The translations under genes were made by a program, and so were the position numbers. A DNA stretch of 52,387 nt from Verrucomicrobiales bacterium (GTDB taxonomy: Bacteria; Verrucomicrobiota; Verrucomicrobiia; Verrucomicrobiales; V1-33), in NCBI GenBank assembly GCA_031411295.1, contig JANOAV010000151.1:1-52387 (forward strand), in the 5' to 3' direction. Positions 1-9,664 of the stretch are shown in pieces. Positions within the stretch are counted from its first letter, which is position 1. Every line of letters starts with the position of its first letter. Below the pieces are notes generated by a model. It had not been told where the DNA came from. It did no database searches and was given only the letters and a program-made list of their open reading frames with translations.

Positions 1-195
1 TATCGGAGAACATATCCTGCGGTCGCAGCAAGACAATCGCTAAAATTGGTTCCAGGGGTCCTCCCATCCGCTGGAGTTCCGGCTTTTGCCGGAGCATCAC
101 TCCAAGCTCGCAGCATGAACCCAGCATACTCCTCCGCCTAGAGGCACCTAAAGGCGGGACTCGTGCGCTTGTTCCATGTAGGTGGAACTCAACCA

Positions 196-289
196 TTGCT
201 CCCGGCTGAGGACAGCCGGGACACTTTCTAAGAACGTGTGCCGACTGTTCTCAGTCGGTAGCACCCCGCAGCCAACTCGCTCTGGAAGA
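196..289. repeat. REP-doublet-type palindromic repeat, copy 1 (direct repeat of 7183-7277)
   Basis: ttgctcccggctgaggacagccgggacactttct...gtgtgccgactgttctcagtcggtagcaccccgcagcc...gctctggaaga aligns by eye with 7183-7277 and contains two inverted hairpin units. Confidence 0.8.
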
Positions 290-362
290 TGACCGCCTCG
301 AAAGATTACGAGTGATGAGTGCGGCCTTTAAATCGTCCCTCTCCGCCATCCATCGTGCCTCT

Positions 363-614
363 CAGTCCGGTAAGGACGGGACATCACAGCCCAAGGCCAG
401 CGCAGCGCAGCCTTGGGTTCCAGTCCCCCAAAAAATCAAAAGCCCTGTAAGGGCGAAACAAAGGGACGTGGGGCAGGGGCAGGCATCGAGGCTAGGCGTG
501 ATGTGAGCGGGTTGCTGTGTCTCGCCCATACAGGGCTTTGCTTTGTGGGTGGGGCATCCCCTGGGTTACGCTGCGCTCCACCCAGGGCTTTGGTGTATCG
601 TCCTTACAGGACTG
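363..614. repeat. ~250-bp REPIN/MITE-like element with nested inverted repeats, copy 1
   Basis: Ends cagtccggtaaggacg...cgtccttacaggactg are inverted; inner aaagccctgtaagggcgaaaca / tgtctcgcccatacagggcttt are inverted; a homologous copy lies at 32505-32754. Confidence 0.8.
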
Positions 615-668
615 GGAACTATGCGTGTGAATGAATACCGGAACCGTTGCGCTCGCCTCGATTTTTTC

Positions 669-1025
669 TCAGTGGTTGTGTTCGCTTTCCTTGGTGCAAT
701 ACTCCACGGAATCGTCAGACGCGAACTTGACTCTCCACCGGCCGCCGTCGCCAGCCAGACCACCCGCGCAGTAGCCGAAGGTAATGAGGAAATCATTCTC
801 CGCTACTTGCTCTGCCGATAGGTAATAGCCAGATGGAAACCAGTCCGATGATACCTGCCGAAAGATCTCTTCCAGACTTTCTCCTTTCCTCAAATGCAGA
901 TTGATCAGCTGGCAGGCGAAGATATGCGGGTCGCTTTGCAGCGTGCGTAGAAACTGTGTCAGTCGTGCCCGCCCTACTAGCTTTAATACCGTGGCAAACT
1001 TGGCTGCCTTTCTTCTGTGCGTCAT
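669..1025 (-). CDS. hypothetical protein
   Basis: 118-aa ATG ORF co-oriented with the upstream RM locus; no recognisable family; start uncertain. Confidence 0.4.
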   Translation of the reverse strand: MTHRRKAAKFATVLKLVGRARLTQFLRTLQSDPHIFACQLINLHLRKGESLEEIFRQVSSDWFPSGYYLSAEQVAENDFLITFGYCAGGLAGDGGRWRVKFASDDSVEYCTKESEHNH

Positions 1026-1061
1026 AGGTGCTTAGTGGGTGAAGAAGATTTTTCATGGGGG

Positions 1062-1403
1062 TCAATGCACCACTCCCAGATAGCGCTCCGCGCATCCATG
1101 ACAAGTATCGGCGTCGTGCATTTGGCCTTTGTTGCAGAGGGTTCGACACCGTTTGCACAGGCGGAAATACTTCGGTATCGCATCCACCCGCGCCTGTTCT
1201 AATTGCTCCGGGCTCGGGCTGCCCTGCCAAGCGCGGAACAGATGCCATTCCGTCCTTGGTTCATACGGGCTATCCCATTGCACCAACCCCACCTCCAGTG
1301 CCTCGCCATCCGCGGTCGGCACCGTGCGGAAATAGTGGTCCAGCTCCGTCTCGGGAGATTCCCCAGCGCTTAGCTCAGGCTCTTCAGGGGAACTCATACT
1401 CAT
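1062..1403 (-). CDS. small hypothetical protein with C-terminal Cys-rich (putative Zn-binding) motif
   Basis: CKRC...CHGC motif; start taken at MSMSSPEE (ORF track begins at 1469 TTG). Confidence 0.6.
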   Translation of the reverse strand: MSMSSPEEPELSAGESPETELDHYFRTVPTADGEALEVGLVQWDSPYEPRTEWHLFRAWQGSPSPEQLEQARVDAIPKYFRLCKRCRTLCNKGQMHDADTCHGCAERYLGVVH

Positions 1404-1465
1404 GGGATTGGTTTTAGATAAGAATGTGGCAGGGGTGTAGAATTGCGGACCCATGTCCGGATGAG

Positions 1466-2176
1466 TCAAATATCCAGCTTCGGCAACCCATCAACGATTT
1501 TCATTGTCTGAAGGCTGACGGTGATGACGCGGAGGAAGAGGTCCAGGGGGTATTTGCCGTCACGCATGGTTTCGGTGGCCCAGAGGTTGGCGTCGTTGGT
1601 GATGCCGCTGTCGGGATCGTCTTTTACGCACTGGCGTTCCATGACCCATTCCAGGGCGGGCTTGCCGTTGACGATGTAGTCGTAGGCGGCCAGGGGGATG
1701 TCCCGGATGGTGATGCGTTCGTTGTAGATGACGGTGGTTTTGTCGTTGATGCTTTTGCCGGTGGCATCTTTGGTCTTGCCGAACTTCATTTTGGTGACGC
1801 GGAAGTGTTCATCCAACAAGGTGGCGAGCGAGTCGGTCGATTGGTGGATTTTGTTCCCTAAATCCAGACCGATTCCGGCGTAGGGCTCCACGGTCTCGTA
1901 GTTGAGGTGCCAATGGGCCAGGTCCCGGCCTGCTTGGGAGTAGGCGCGGAAGTGGGCGAAGGTCTTGACGGCGGGGATGCGGGGGAGTTCCTTGCTGAGG
2001 TTATCCGCATACCGGGTGCGGTAGTCCGGGGAATGCAGCAGGCCGTAAATGTAGTAGAAGAGGTCTTCTTTGGTTATACTGCTGCCTTCTCCTTTGGCCG
2101 GATAGGCTTTCTGGAAATGGGCTAATCCCGCATCGCTGATGCCGTCGCGTCGGGTGTAGCTGGCGCGGCAGTTCAT
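1466..2176 (-). pseudogene. C-terminal fragment of Type ISP restriction-modification enzyme (LlaBIII/LlaGI-like specificity-domain region)
   Basis: ITKEDLFYYIYGLLHSPDYRTRYADNLSKELPRIP, YIVNGKPALEWVMERQ and YPLDLFLRVITVSLQTMKIV are typical of Type ISP C-termini; only 236 aa of a normally ~1600-aa protein. Confidence 0.85.
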
Positions 2177-2949
2177 TTAGGCTCTGAAGAGTTCTCCGTC
2201 GGGGACATACTGGGCTTCGGGTTTGGATAGGGAAGCAGCAAATGAAACAGGCGCAGTTCACTGCCTGGGCGGTTATGGATAGTTTCGCCTAAAAGCGATT
2301 TAGTATCTGAATCTGATAGCGGTAAATTAAGCTTTGATGCGGACAGGCCACTTTGGGGTGCCATGAGAAGTGATTCCTCGCTGGCTTGGATGGCTGAGTT
2401 CAACCCTTCCCAAGCTTTTGTTGTATCGCCATCCATCACATAGCTGAGCATCCCGGCAGCGGGGATTCCGGCGGAGTATTGACCAAGCACATAGGCTCCC
2501 ATTCCTGCGGTGCTGGTGTAGGTGGCATATTCAGTTTTAGTGGAGCCTCCTGGGTAGGTGACATGGAGCCGCTTGGCCTCGAAAGAGAAATAGTCGCGCT
2601 GAGAATGGCGGTGGAGAAACCAGAGATCTATTCGCCCAGGCTCATTTCCATCAATGTCGATGAGGCGCAGCTGCGGAACGACAACAAATGGAATAGTGTG
2701 AAATTGCGGATCGTTCCAAATTTGGCCATAAAGGCGGTCCGTGATCCAATTCTCATGAGGCATCATCGGGCAAACTACATCATTGCCCTTCGTTCCCTTG
2801 GCGTTCCATTTTTTAATGATCTGCGCTGGAGTAAACCTCTTCACTTTCCCCCAGGCGAAAATCACAATCTGCATCATATCTGCAAGCACATCCATGCTGA
2901 ATGGATCGAATTCCGAGGCTAGCCGCCCGCTATTGGTGGCGAATCTCAT
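2173..2949 (-). CDS. putative PD-(D/E)xK-family nuclease, partner of the N6 methyltransferase
   Basis: GRIDLWF...YFSFEAKRL (D...ExK) motif; ATG at 2949 overlaps the MTase stop (ATGA). Confidence 0.65.
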   Translation of the reverse strand: MRFATNSGRLASEFDPFSMDVLADMMQIVIFAWGKVKRFTPAQIIKKWNAKGTKGNDVVCPMMPHENWITDRLYGQIWNDPQFHTIPFVVVPQLRLIDIDGNEPGRIDLWFLHRHSQRDYFSFEAKRLHVTYPGGSTKTEYATYTSTAGMGAYVLGQYSAGIPAAGMLSYVMDGDTTKAWEGLNSAIQASEESLLMAPQSGLSASKLNLPLSDSDTKSLLGETIHNRPGSELRLFHLLLPYPNPKPSMSPTENSSEPK

Positions 2950-5900
2950 GCCCGATGCGTGATTTGGTGCTCGTAGATGGCGTCTGCATCGTTCAGGGCG
3001 GCGGTCCGGCTCCAATTCCGTAGTGTGGCTGGTTTCAGGATGTGAACGCGATCATTTTCGAAGTAGCTGAAACCGCGTAAATAATGCAAATTGCCGTTCT
3101 CACGGGTGGCTGCGGAGTCCATCGCTTGGAGGGCTTCCCAGAATTTCTGCGTCTCTTCCGTCTCCTGATAGTTTGTCTTCTTATTTCCAAAAATGACGGT
3201 CACGAGCACAAGGTTCAGTGGGGCGGAGACCTTGCCTTCTGCGTTGATACGGATGCCCTTTTTCTGGGAGAATTTCTCCAACTCTCCGCAGAGGATCTCT
3301 GCGTAGGTCTTCCGGTCGGCTAACCCAGGAAACGCTAGGGCGGGAATCTTGCCGTCGAGGTTGGTTTTGTGAATGCTTGGCTTCCAGTTGTCGAGAGTGT
3401 CGGCAATGAGGAGCTTTTCGGTGTCACTAACGCCATAATACGCTTCCACAAGTGGTTCGAGTTCAGCACGGGCTGAGGCTGCGGCAGAGGCTCGTTCCTG
3501 TGGACCAAGGTTCGAGCCTGTTCGTTCAAGTCGCAGGATGATTTCCGCTGCCTTTTTGACAATTAGAGCAGAATCGGCTACTGCCAAGTCCTCATGCGGT
3601 AAAGGAAATGGTAAAGCCATGGTCTCACTCAAATGTAACTTCTCTCTTCCGATGCCGTTGCTAGATCCACAATGAAAGGCGTGATACGCCATCAAACGGG
3701 AGCTCAGGATAACCGTAAGGAAGCGTAAAAGTTCAGCATCCTCTGACGAGTTACCGGTTAGGGATCGTAGGGAATGCTCGAACCGAATTAGCTTGGGACT
3801 GAAGGCAAATTTAGTAAAGCCCTCGCTGAACACAATCAGAGGCCCCCTGAAGACGCTGCTTGCAGGCTTATACTGCACTGCATCAGCAGCCGCATAGATT
3901 TTTTCTGAGACCTCACTACCATCCTTGGCTTTATTTAGTTTGCGAACGAACGACGATGAAAGACATACCCCTAAAGTTGAAAGGGAATCTTTATGGACGA
4001 CAAGCTCGGGGAAATGGTTGTTATTTGCAATGAAGGGATCCTCAGGTGACCAATCAGGAGCGAGTGATTTCGGCTGATCCCGTGAGATATCAGGATAGCA
4101 AGGCTTAAAACCAACGCCCCCTCCCCATTTCATTGTTTGTTTGGCTTCTGCCAAAGTGGAATACGCATCCAACCTCCGTAGAAACGCCTCATCGCGCGGA
4201 CTGCCCCAGAATTTCCTGCTCCAAATTGCTTGGACACCTCCCTCTGCGGCTGCCTGCATGATGGCCCGGAAGGGCACCAATTTTTGATCATCAGGCTCCA
4301 CCACGATCACACCCCGACGGCGGTCGTAGCGGTTTAGCTTTGGTGTCTCGTAGGCAATCACGTCCTGAGAGGAGGGCTGCTCATTCAGAAAACGAAGCAC
4401 AAAGCATGGGTGTGTGGCGTGAAAGAGCACCTTCCGAAAATCCGCCAATTGGACGATTTTCTCCACCTTTACAGAACCGAAGAATCCACTATCTAAGACA
4501 CCATTGCTGTTCACAAGAATCGTTGATGGCAGTAGCAAACAGCCCATGCCGCCCGAACGCAAATATTGAGGTGTGCGGCGGGTGAAGTGCAGGGCTATTT
4601 GAGTCTCAGCCCGCCCGGTCCAAGGTGGATTACCGATGATCAAGTCCACGTCCGTTTCCAATGGCAGAGCATCGTTCAAAAAGTCTCCGCAAAAAATTAC
4701 TGGCTGCTCAGGATTCTCTTCAGATGAAGGATACCAAAGCAACGATGGTAAGAACTTGTCTGGGCGCACCTTTTCCTTGAACTCATCAAGGTCCATGGGG
4801 CGCAGTTTCTCAAACAGTGCCAAGTAGAGGCTGAAGGCAGCGATTCGGCAGGCGACTGGGTTGATATCCACACCGCGGATTTGAGTGAGCAGAATATTGA
4901 GGAGGCCCTTGGCCTTGGTCGCTTTGCGGGCATTGGGGTTTTCGCGCAGCCATTGGGTGGACAGCAAATTAAACATGGCCCCCAAAAAGATGCCAGAACC
5001 ACAGGCGGGGTCAAGCACGCGCCAAGCAGCGCATTGATTATACCGGCCTTCCAAGGCGATGTGCAGGGTAGTCTCCGTCAGATGACGTGGAGTATAGACT
5101 GCACCATCTTTCCGTTTTTTCTGAAGGTCTTCGCCCTTCATGAATTCCTCGTAGATGGAACTGATGATCTCCACCGGGATGCATCGGAAATCATAGATCC
5201 AAAACCCGAATGTCTGCTGTCCCGAGTCCATGTCAGCAACGCTCAGGAACTGCGACACCACGCCCAAATGGCCCCGCCGGATGAGTCTTTCCTCCTGTTT
5301 CAACTGGTCGTCGAACATCGTTCCGTTGAACTCCTGCTTCATCCGACCAAAAAATTCCCGATAGAGCAGACGCTTGGCTTCGTCTAAGGGCTTGGTCGCA
5401 AGAATGGCCTCGAGGCTGCCTTTTTGATCTGGAAAATGGAGGGGCTTGATGAAACCACGAGCCTCAAGAAATTTGACGAACAAAATCCGTCCCAAGAGAG
5501 AATGGGATTGCTCCTGCGTCCAGCCTGGACATTCGACAGCCTTGAGCTTCCGGGCGGTGTGCAGAAGATTCGAAACGAGGCTTGCATCCACAGTCTCCGA
5601 TGCTGGGAAGAAAGCGGCGTGATCCTGAAAGTATTGGCCTGTTTCGATGGAGCGAATGAGACTGGCTCCTTGCACCGCCATGGCCGAGATCTCTATCGCT
5701 TGGATAAAACTCGGTGGTTCCTCAGGGATAAGCTCGGTTGTCGCGATTGGTGCTAGTGGGCGTTTTACCGCACTGTGCACCTGCACCGCTGCGTCACTGA
5801 GCAGGATGAGGAGAGGGACTACGCCCTGGTTCCATGTATATTTTTGAAGGACCTGAGCCTCTGCTGGGCTAATGGTCTTCCTCTCGCAAATATACACCGT

Positions 5901-6080
5901 TGGCCGACCATCCACGCAGAGAACTCCAGCCAGCGAAAGATCCTCCCAGGCCTGATGCAGGTAATGAGCGTAAGGCAACAGCCATGGGACTCCATCCACC
6001 TGTTCCTCTCTGGAAATGTAGAGGGAACCATGGGCGGCTAGTTTTCCGAGTTCGGCAGCACTGAAACCTCTGTTGGACAT
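2946..6080 (-). CDS. large N6-adenine DNA methyltransferase (Eco57I/Type IIG-like, gamma class, with TRD region)
   Basis: 1044 aa; motif X GAVYTP, motif I VLDPACGSGIFL, GVDINP, motif IV IIGNPPW. Confidence 0.9.
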   Translation of the reverse strand: MSNRGFSAAELGKLAAHGSLYISREEQVDGVPWLLPYAHYLHQAWEDLSLAGVLCVDGRPTVYICERKTISPAEAQVLQKYTWNQGVVPLLILLSDAAVQVHSAVKRPLAPIATTELIPEEPPSFIQAIEISAMAVQGASLIRSIETGQYFQDHAAFFPASETVDASLVSNLLHTARKLKAVECPGWTQEQSHSLLGRILFVKFLEARGFIKPLHFPDQKGSLEAILATKPLDEAKRLLYREFFGRMKQEFNGTMFDDQLKQEERLIRRGHLGVVSQFLSVADMDSGQQTFGFWIYDFRCIPVEIISSIYEEFMKGEDLQKKRKDGAVYTPRHLTETTLHIALEGRYNQCAAWRVLDPACGSGIFLGAMFNLLSTQWLRENPNARKATKAKGLLNILLTQIRGVDINPVACRIAAFSLYLALFEKLRPMDLDEFKEKVRPDKFLPSLLWYPSSEENPEQPVIFCGDFLNDALPLETDVDLIIGNPPWTGRAETQIALHFTRRTPQYLRSGGMGCLLLPSTILVNSNGVLDSGFFGSVKVEKIVQLADFRKVLFHATHPCFVLRFLNEQPSSQDVIAYETPKLNRYDRRRGVIVVEPDDQKLVPFRAIMQAAAEGGVQAIWSRKFWGSPRDEAFLRRLDAYSTLAEAKQTMKWGGGVGFKPCYPDISRDQPKSLAPDWSPEDPFIANNNHFPELVVHKDSLSTLGVCLSSSFVRKLNKAKDGSEVSEKIYAAADAVQYKPASSVFRGPLIVFSEGFTKFAFSPKLIRFEHSLRSLTGNSSEDAELLRFLTVILSSRLMAYHAFHCGSSNGIGREKLHLSETMALPFPLPHEDLAVADSALIVKKAAEIILRLERTGSNLGPQERASAAASARAELEPLVEAYYGVSDTEKLLIADTLDNWKPSIHKTNLDGKIPALAFPGLADRKTYAEILCGELEKFSQKKGIRINAEGKVSAPLNLVLVTVIFGNKKTNYQETEETQKFWEALQAMDSAATRENGNLHYLRGFSYFENDRVHILKPATLRNWSRTAALNDADAIYEHQITHRA

Positions 6081-6197
6081 AAAAAGAAGGACTGAAAGCC
6101 GGGATAATTAAGCCATGCGTAAAATCGAACAAGGAAATTCATCACCTCCGGGACTTTTTTTGTGCAGAGTCGATGACATCATCTGCTAGGGAGAGAG

Positions 6198-7010
6198 TCA
6201 TTTTTCGTAAACTTGGTCCCCGCAGGATTTCTTGCCGACTTCGGCATCGGAGCAAACGGCAAAGCTGTGGAGCGGGGTATCGCTCTCCTGGGTCCATTCG
6301 GTGAGGGTTTGAGAAAGGAGGTTGAGGCTGGGGACGAGGAAGAGGACGCGTTTGCCGGGACCGGCTATTTCCTCAGCAATCTTGAGGCTGGTGAAGGTCT
6401 TGCCAGTGCCGCAAGCCATGATGAGCTTCCCACGGTCGGCCACTTGGAAGCCAAGGAGGACTTTGGTGCGGGCGGTGGTCTGGTGCTGGCGGAGCGTTTT
6501 CTTGGGCTTGAGGGCGGCGGGTTTGGTGGGCTTGTATTTCGCCCAGTCGATCTGTGAGGCTTCGAGGGCTTGCAGGTCGATCTTAAGCACGGGCGGGGTC
6601 TGGTTATTGAGGGTGTTCTCGGCGTTCTCCGTCCAGTCGTTGGTGGCAGTGACGATGATGCGCTGGGTGAAGGGCTTCTGACCGGAGGCGGCAAAGAAGC
6701 TGTCGATGTCTGCCTTGCTGATGCGGTGGTCGGCATCGTAACATTTACACTGAATGGCATGGTATTCATCGGTGCCATGGGTCTTGGCCACGAGGTCGAT
6801 GCCAGTGTCCTTGGCGGAGAGTTTATACTGTGGGGTGCCGATTTCCTTGGCCCAGTCCGCGTAAAGCCACACGTCGCTGTAGAGATCCGCATAGGAGGGC
6901 TCGAAGCGGAAATAGGTGCGGATGAGTTCCTCGAAGTAGGTGCCTTTCTCCCGCTCGGTCTGGGAAATGGCGCGGTATTGGGTGAGGATGTCGGTGAGAG
7001 CGGAAATCAT
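6198..7010 (-). pseudogene. N-terminal fragment of Type ISP enzyme (Mrr-like nuclease plus start of SF2 helicase), truncated
   Basis: EREKGTYFEEL, DTGIDLVA...AIQCKCY nuclease motif, Walker A MACGTGKT, FLVPSLNLLSQ; ends shortly after VCSDAEVGKK, before the DEAH motif. Confidence 0.85.
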
Positions 7011-7182
7011 GGGCGGGAGTATGGCGGAGCGGGCGGGTGGGTCAACGCTGGTTTGCCGGACGGATCCCCAGAGTGGCGACTGCAACGAGTGTGGAGCAGT
7101 CGGCCCGACTGCTCCACCGCCTGAAGGCGGAACTCCAGCGGATGATCCATGCGGGTTGGACCAGCCTGTTCCTGCGCAGCCC

Positions 7183-7277
7183 TTGCTCCCGGCTGGGGAC
7201 AGCCGGGACACTTTCTGGGGAAGGTGTGCCGACTGTCCTCAGTCGGCAGCGCCCCGCAGCCAGCACGCTCTGGAGGA
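7183..7277. repeat. REP-doublet-type repeat, copy 2 (direct repeat of 196-289)
   Basis: ttgctcccggctggggacagccgggacactttct...gtgtgccgactgtcctcagtcggcagcgccccgcagcc; preceded by hairpin gtggagcagtcggcccgactgctccac and by cctgaaggcggaactcca. Confidence 0.8.
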
Positions 7278-7299
7278 CGCACGCCGGGAAGAAATGAGG

Positions 7300-9357
7300 C
7301 TACGACAGGGTGGCGGATTGTTCGTTACTGAACAGCAGGCTTTGATATTTCTGGAGGGAGGAATCTTGCTTGAGCGCCTCGGCGGCCAGTTGGCGGGCTA
7401 CTTGGACCAACTCTTGATCTCGCACCAGATCACCCAGTTGCAATCCGGGTAGGCCGCTTTGGGCCGTGCCCAGCAAGTCCCCGGGGCCACGTAACTTCAG
7501 ATCTTCTTCGGCCACCATGAAGCCATCGGTGGTTTGCTCCAGCACTTTCAGTCGCTGCGTGGCCTCGGGATTCTTGCCGCTGGCGATGAGCACACACCAA
7601 CTCCGATGCTGCCCGCGCCCAATGCGACCACGCAATTGATGCAGTTGGGCCAAGCCGAAGCGTTCCGCCTCAAAAATGAGCATGACGGTGGCGTTCGGCA
7701 CATCCACGCCCACTTCGATCACGGTGGTGGAAATGAGCACCTGGATTTCCCCACTGCGATACGCTGCCATCACACGTGTTTTCTCCTCAGCGCTCATCCG
7801 GCCATGCACCAGGCCTACTTGGATGGGGGCCAGGCGTTTGGCCCAGGCGGCGGATTCTTCGGTGGCGGCCTTGAGGCGGAGTTTCTCGCTCACTTCCACG
7901 AGCGGATAGACGAGATACGCCTGACGTCCCTGTTCTACCTGCTGTCGCAGAAAGGCCGCCACTTGGTTGAGATCCGGTTGCTCCCGCACGGTGGTCTGGA
8001 TCACGCCACGGCCCGCGGGCATCTCGTCGATAATGGAGACATCCAGATCTCCATAAACGGTCATGGTGAGGGTTCGGGGGATGGGCGTGGCGGTCATCGC
8101 CAGCACATCCGGGGCCCGGCCTTGGTGGATGAGTTTGGCCCGTTGCTGCACGCCAAATTTATGCTGCTCGTCGATGACCACGAAGCCGAGATTTTCAAAT
8201 TCCGCCTTCTCCGCAATCAACGCGTGCGTGCCAATAATAATCTGCGGCGGCCCGTCCGAGAACAGGTCCGCCTTCAAGCCTTCCTTGCGCGTGCCAGTGC
8301 GCAGGCCGATGCGCAGGCCCAGCGGCTCCAGCCACTTGCAGAAATTAGCGTAATGCTGTTCCGCTAAAATCACCGTGGGAGCCATCAGGGCGGCCTGCAC
8401 ACCACTTTCGATGGCCAGCAGCATGGCCGCCATGGCCACGAACGTCTTCCCGGAACCCACATCGCCCTGGAGCAGGCGATTCATCGGCCGCAAGGCGGCC
8501 AAGTCCGCGCGGATCTCTCCGATGACCCGTTGCTGCGCGTTGGTTAGCGCAAAAGGCATCGAGTCCAGCCAGCGCTGGAGCCATTTACCTTCGCCACAGT
8601 GCGATTCCCCGCCCAACTGCTCCCACTCGTGCCGCCGTTGGAGCACGTTGAGTTGCAGTGTGAAAAATTCCTCCAGCGCCAGATAGCGTCGTGCCACATC
8701 CATTTCCGCCTGCTCTTGGGGAAAGTGAATTTGCTGGAGCGCGCGCCTGCGGGAGAACCCGGCAAACGCGCCCTTGTCGGATGGCTTGCGCAGCAAATCC
8801 GGGATGTCTGCGTTGGGAAGCAGGGAAACTAACTCATAGATGACCCGCCGCATCGTCCGCTGCGGGACGCCCTCGCGTTTCCGGTAAATGGGCGCAATGC
8901 GCTGCAGGTGAATCAACGCGTCGTCCGGATCATCGCCCACGGCCTCGAATTCTGGATGATCCATCAACAACCGACCCGCCTGTGCCTTGACCTTGCCGTA
9001 AACCACCACCACTTCATCGACTGGGAACGCCTTGCCGATGTGCGGCATCGAGAAGAAGCGCAGGGAAAGTTTCCGGCTCCAAGAATTTGGTTCCACATCC
9101 GCCAGCGTCACTTCCGTATAACTCTGCCGCGGCCCCGCTTGCTTGCGCTTCAGATCCACCACCACGCCCTGAATACACAGCGGCTCATCCTGCGCGTCTT
9201 GCGGGATCCGGTCAAATTTCCGCCGATCCTCATAGCGCGAAGGATACAGCGTCAACAAATCCGCCACCGTCAAAAATCCCGCCGCCACCAGGACATTACG
9301 GTCACGGGTGCTGAGGTGGGGGAGTTCGGCTAGGGGAGTATGCAGTTGGAAGGACAT
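7300..9357 (-). CDS. recG: ATP-dependent DNA helicase RecG
   Basis: MNRLLQGDVGSGKT, IDEQHKFGV, MTATPIPRTL, RFGLAQLHQLRGRIGRG, EEDLKLRGPG. Confidence 0.97.
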   Translation of the reverse strand: MSFQLHTPLAELPHLSTRDRNVLVAAGFLTVADLLTLYPSRYEDRRKFDRIPQDAQDEPLCIQGVVVDLKRKQAGPRQSYTEVTLADVEPNSWSRKLSLRFFSMPHIGKAFPVDEVVVVYGKVKAQAGRLLMDHPEFEAVGDDPDDALIHLQRIAPIYRKREGVPQRTMRRVIYELVSLLPNADIPDLLRKPSDKGAFAGFSRRRALQQIHFPQEQAEMDVARRYLALEEFFTLQLNVLQRRHEWEQLGGESHCGEGKWLQRWLDSMPFALTNAQQRVIGEIRADLAALRPMNRLLQGDVGSGKTFVAMAAMLLAIESGVQAALMAPTVILAEQHYANFCKWLEPLGLRIGLRTGTRKEGLKADLFSDGPPQIIIGTHALIAEKAEFENLGFVVIDEQHKFGVQQRAKLIHQGRAPDVLAMTATPIPRTLTMTVYGDLDVSIIDEMPAGRGVIQTTVREQPDLNQVAAFLRQQVEQGRQAYLVYPLVEVSEKLRLKAATEESAAWAKRLAPIQVGLVHGRMSAEEKTRVMAAYRSGEIQVLISTTVIEVGVDVPNATVMLIFEAERFGLAQLHQLRGRIGRGQHRSWCVLIASGKNPEATQRLKVLEQTTDGFMVAEEDLKLRGPGDLLGTAQSGLPGLQLGDLVRDQELVQVARQLAAEALKQDSSLQKYQSLLFSNEQSATLS

Positions 9358-9416
9358 GCGAGGCGTGACCATACCCAGCCAGCCAGAGAAGCAAGCCACG
9401 GGTGGGGGTGTCACCA

Positions 9417-9545
9417 GTAGCGAGCGCGCCCTCGCTCTCGGCTCAGGATTCGGAGCGCCCTTCCTCCGAGTGGCGGTTGCTTAGGTTAGTGGCACGGGCC
9501 GGGGGCGGCCCGGTTACAATCCGAGAGCGGGGGCGCTCTCGCTAC
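9417..9545. repeat. REP-like inverted repeat in the recG/rfbA divergent intergenic region
   Basis: gtagcgagcgcgccctcgctctcgg ... ccgagagcgggggcgctctcgctac. Confidence 0.65.
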
Positions 9546-9664
9546 GATGGGGGCGCTCGCTACGCTGGCTTCCCCCGCACAAATATTGGCATCTTTTCAC
9601 TGGCGCAGAGCGCGGAATCGGGGCAAACACTACGGTTTCACCTGATTCCACACCATCTCTCTGT

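Noticed and set aside
312..634. Short ORFs at 312-506 and 413-634
   Set aside because: They are translations of the REPIN-like repeat.
7011..7211. N-terminal extension of the ISP fragment in the ORF track
   Set aside because: Translates REP hairpin DNA; family similarity begins at MISALTDIL (7010).
7534..8367. 277-aa plus-strand ORF
   Set aside because: Antisense shadow of recG.
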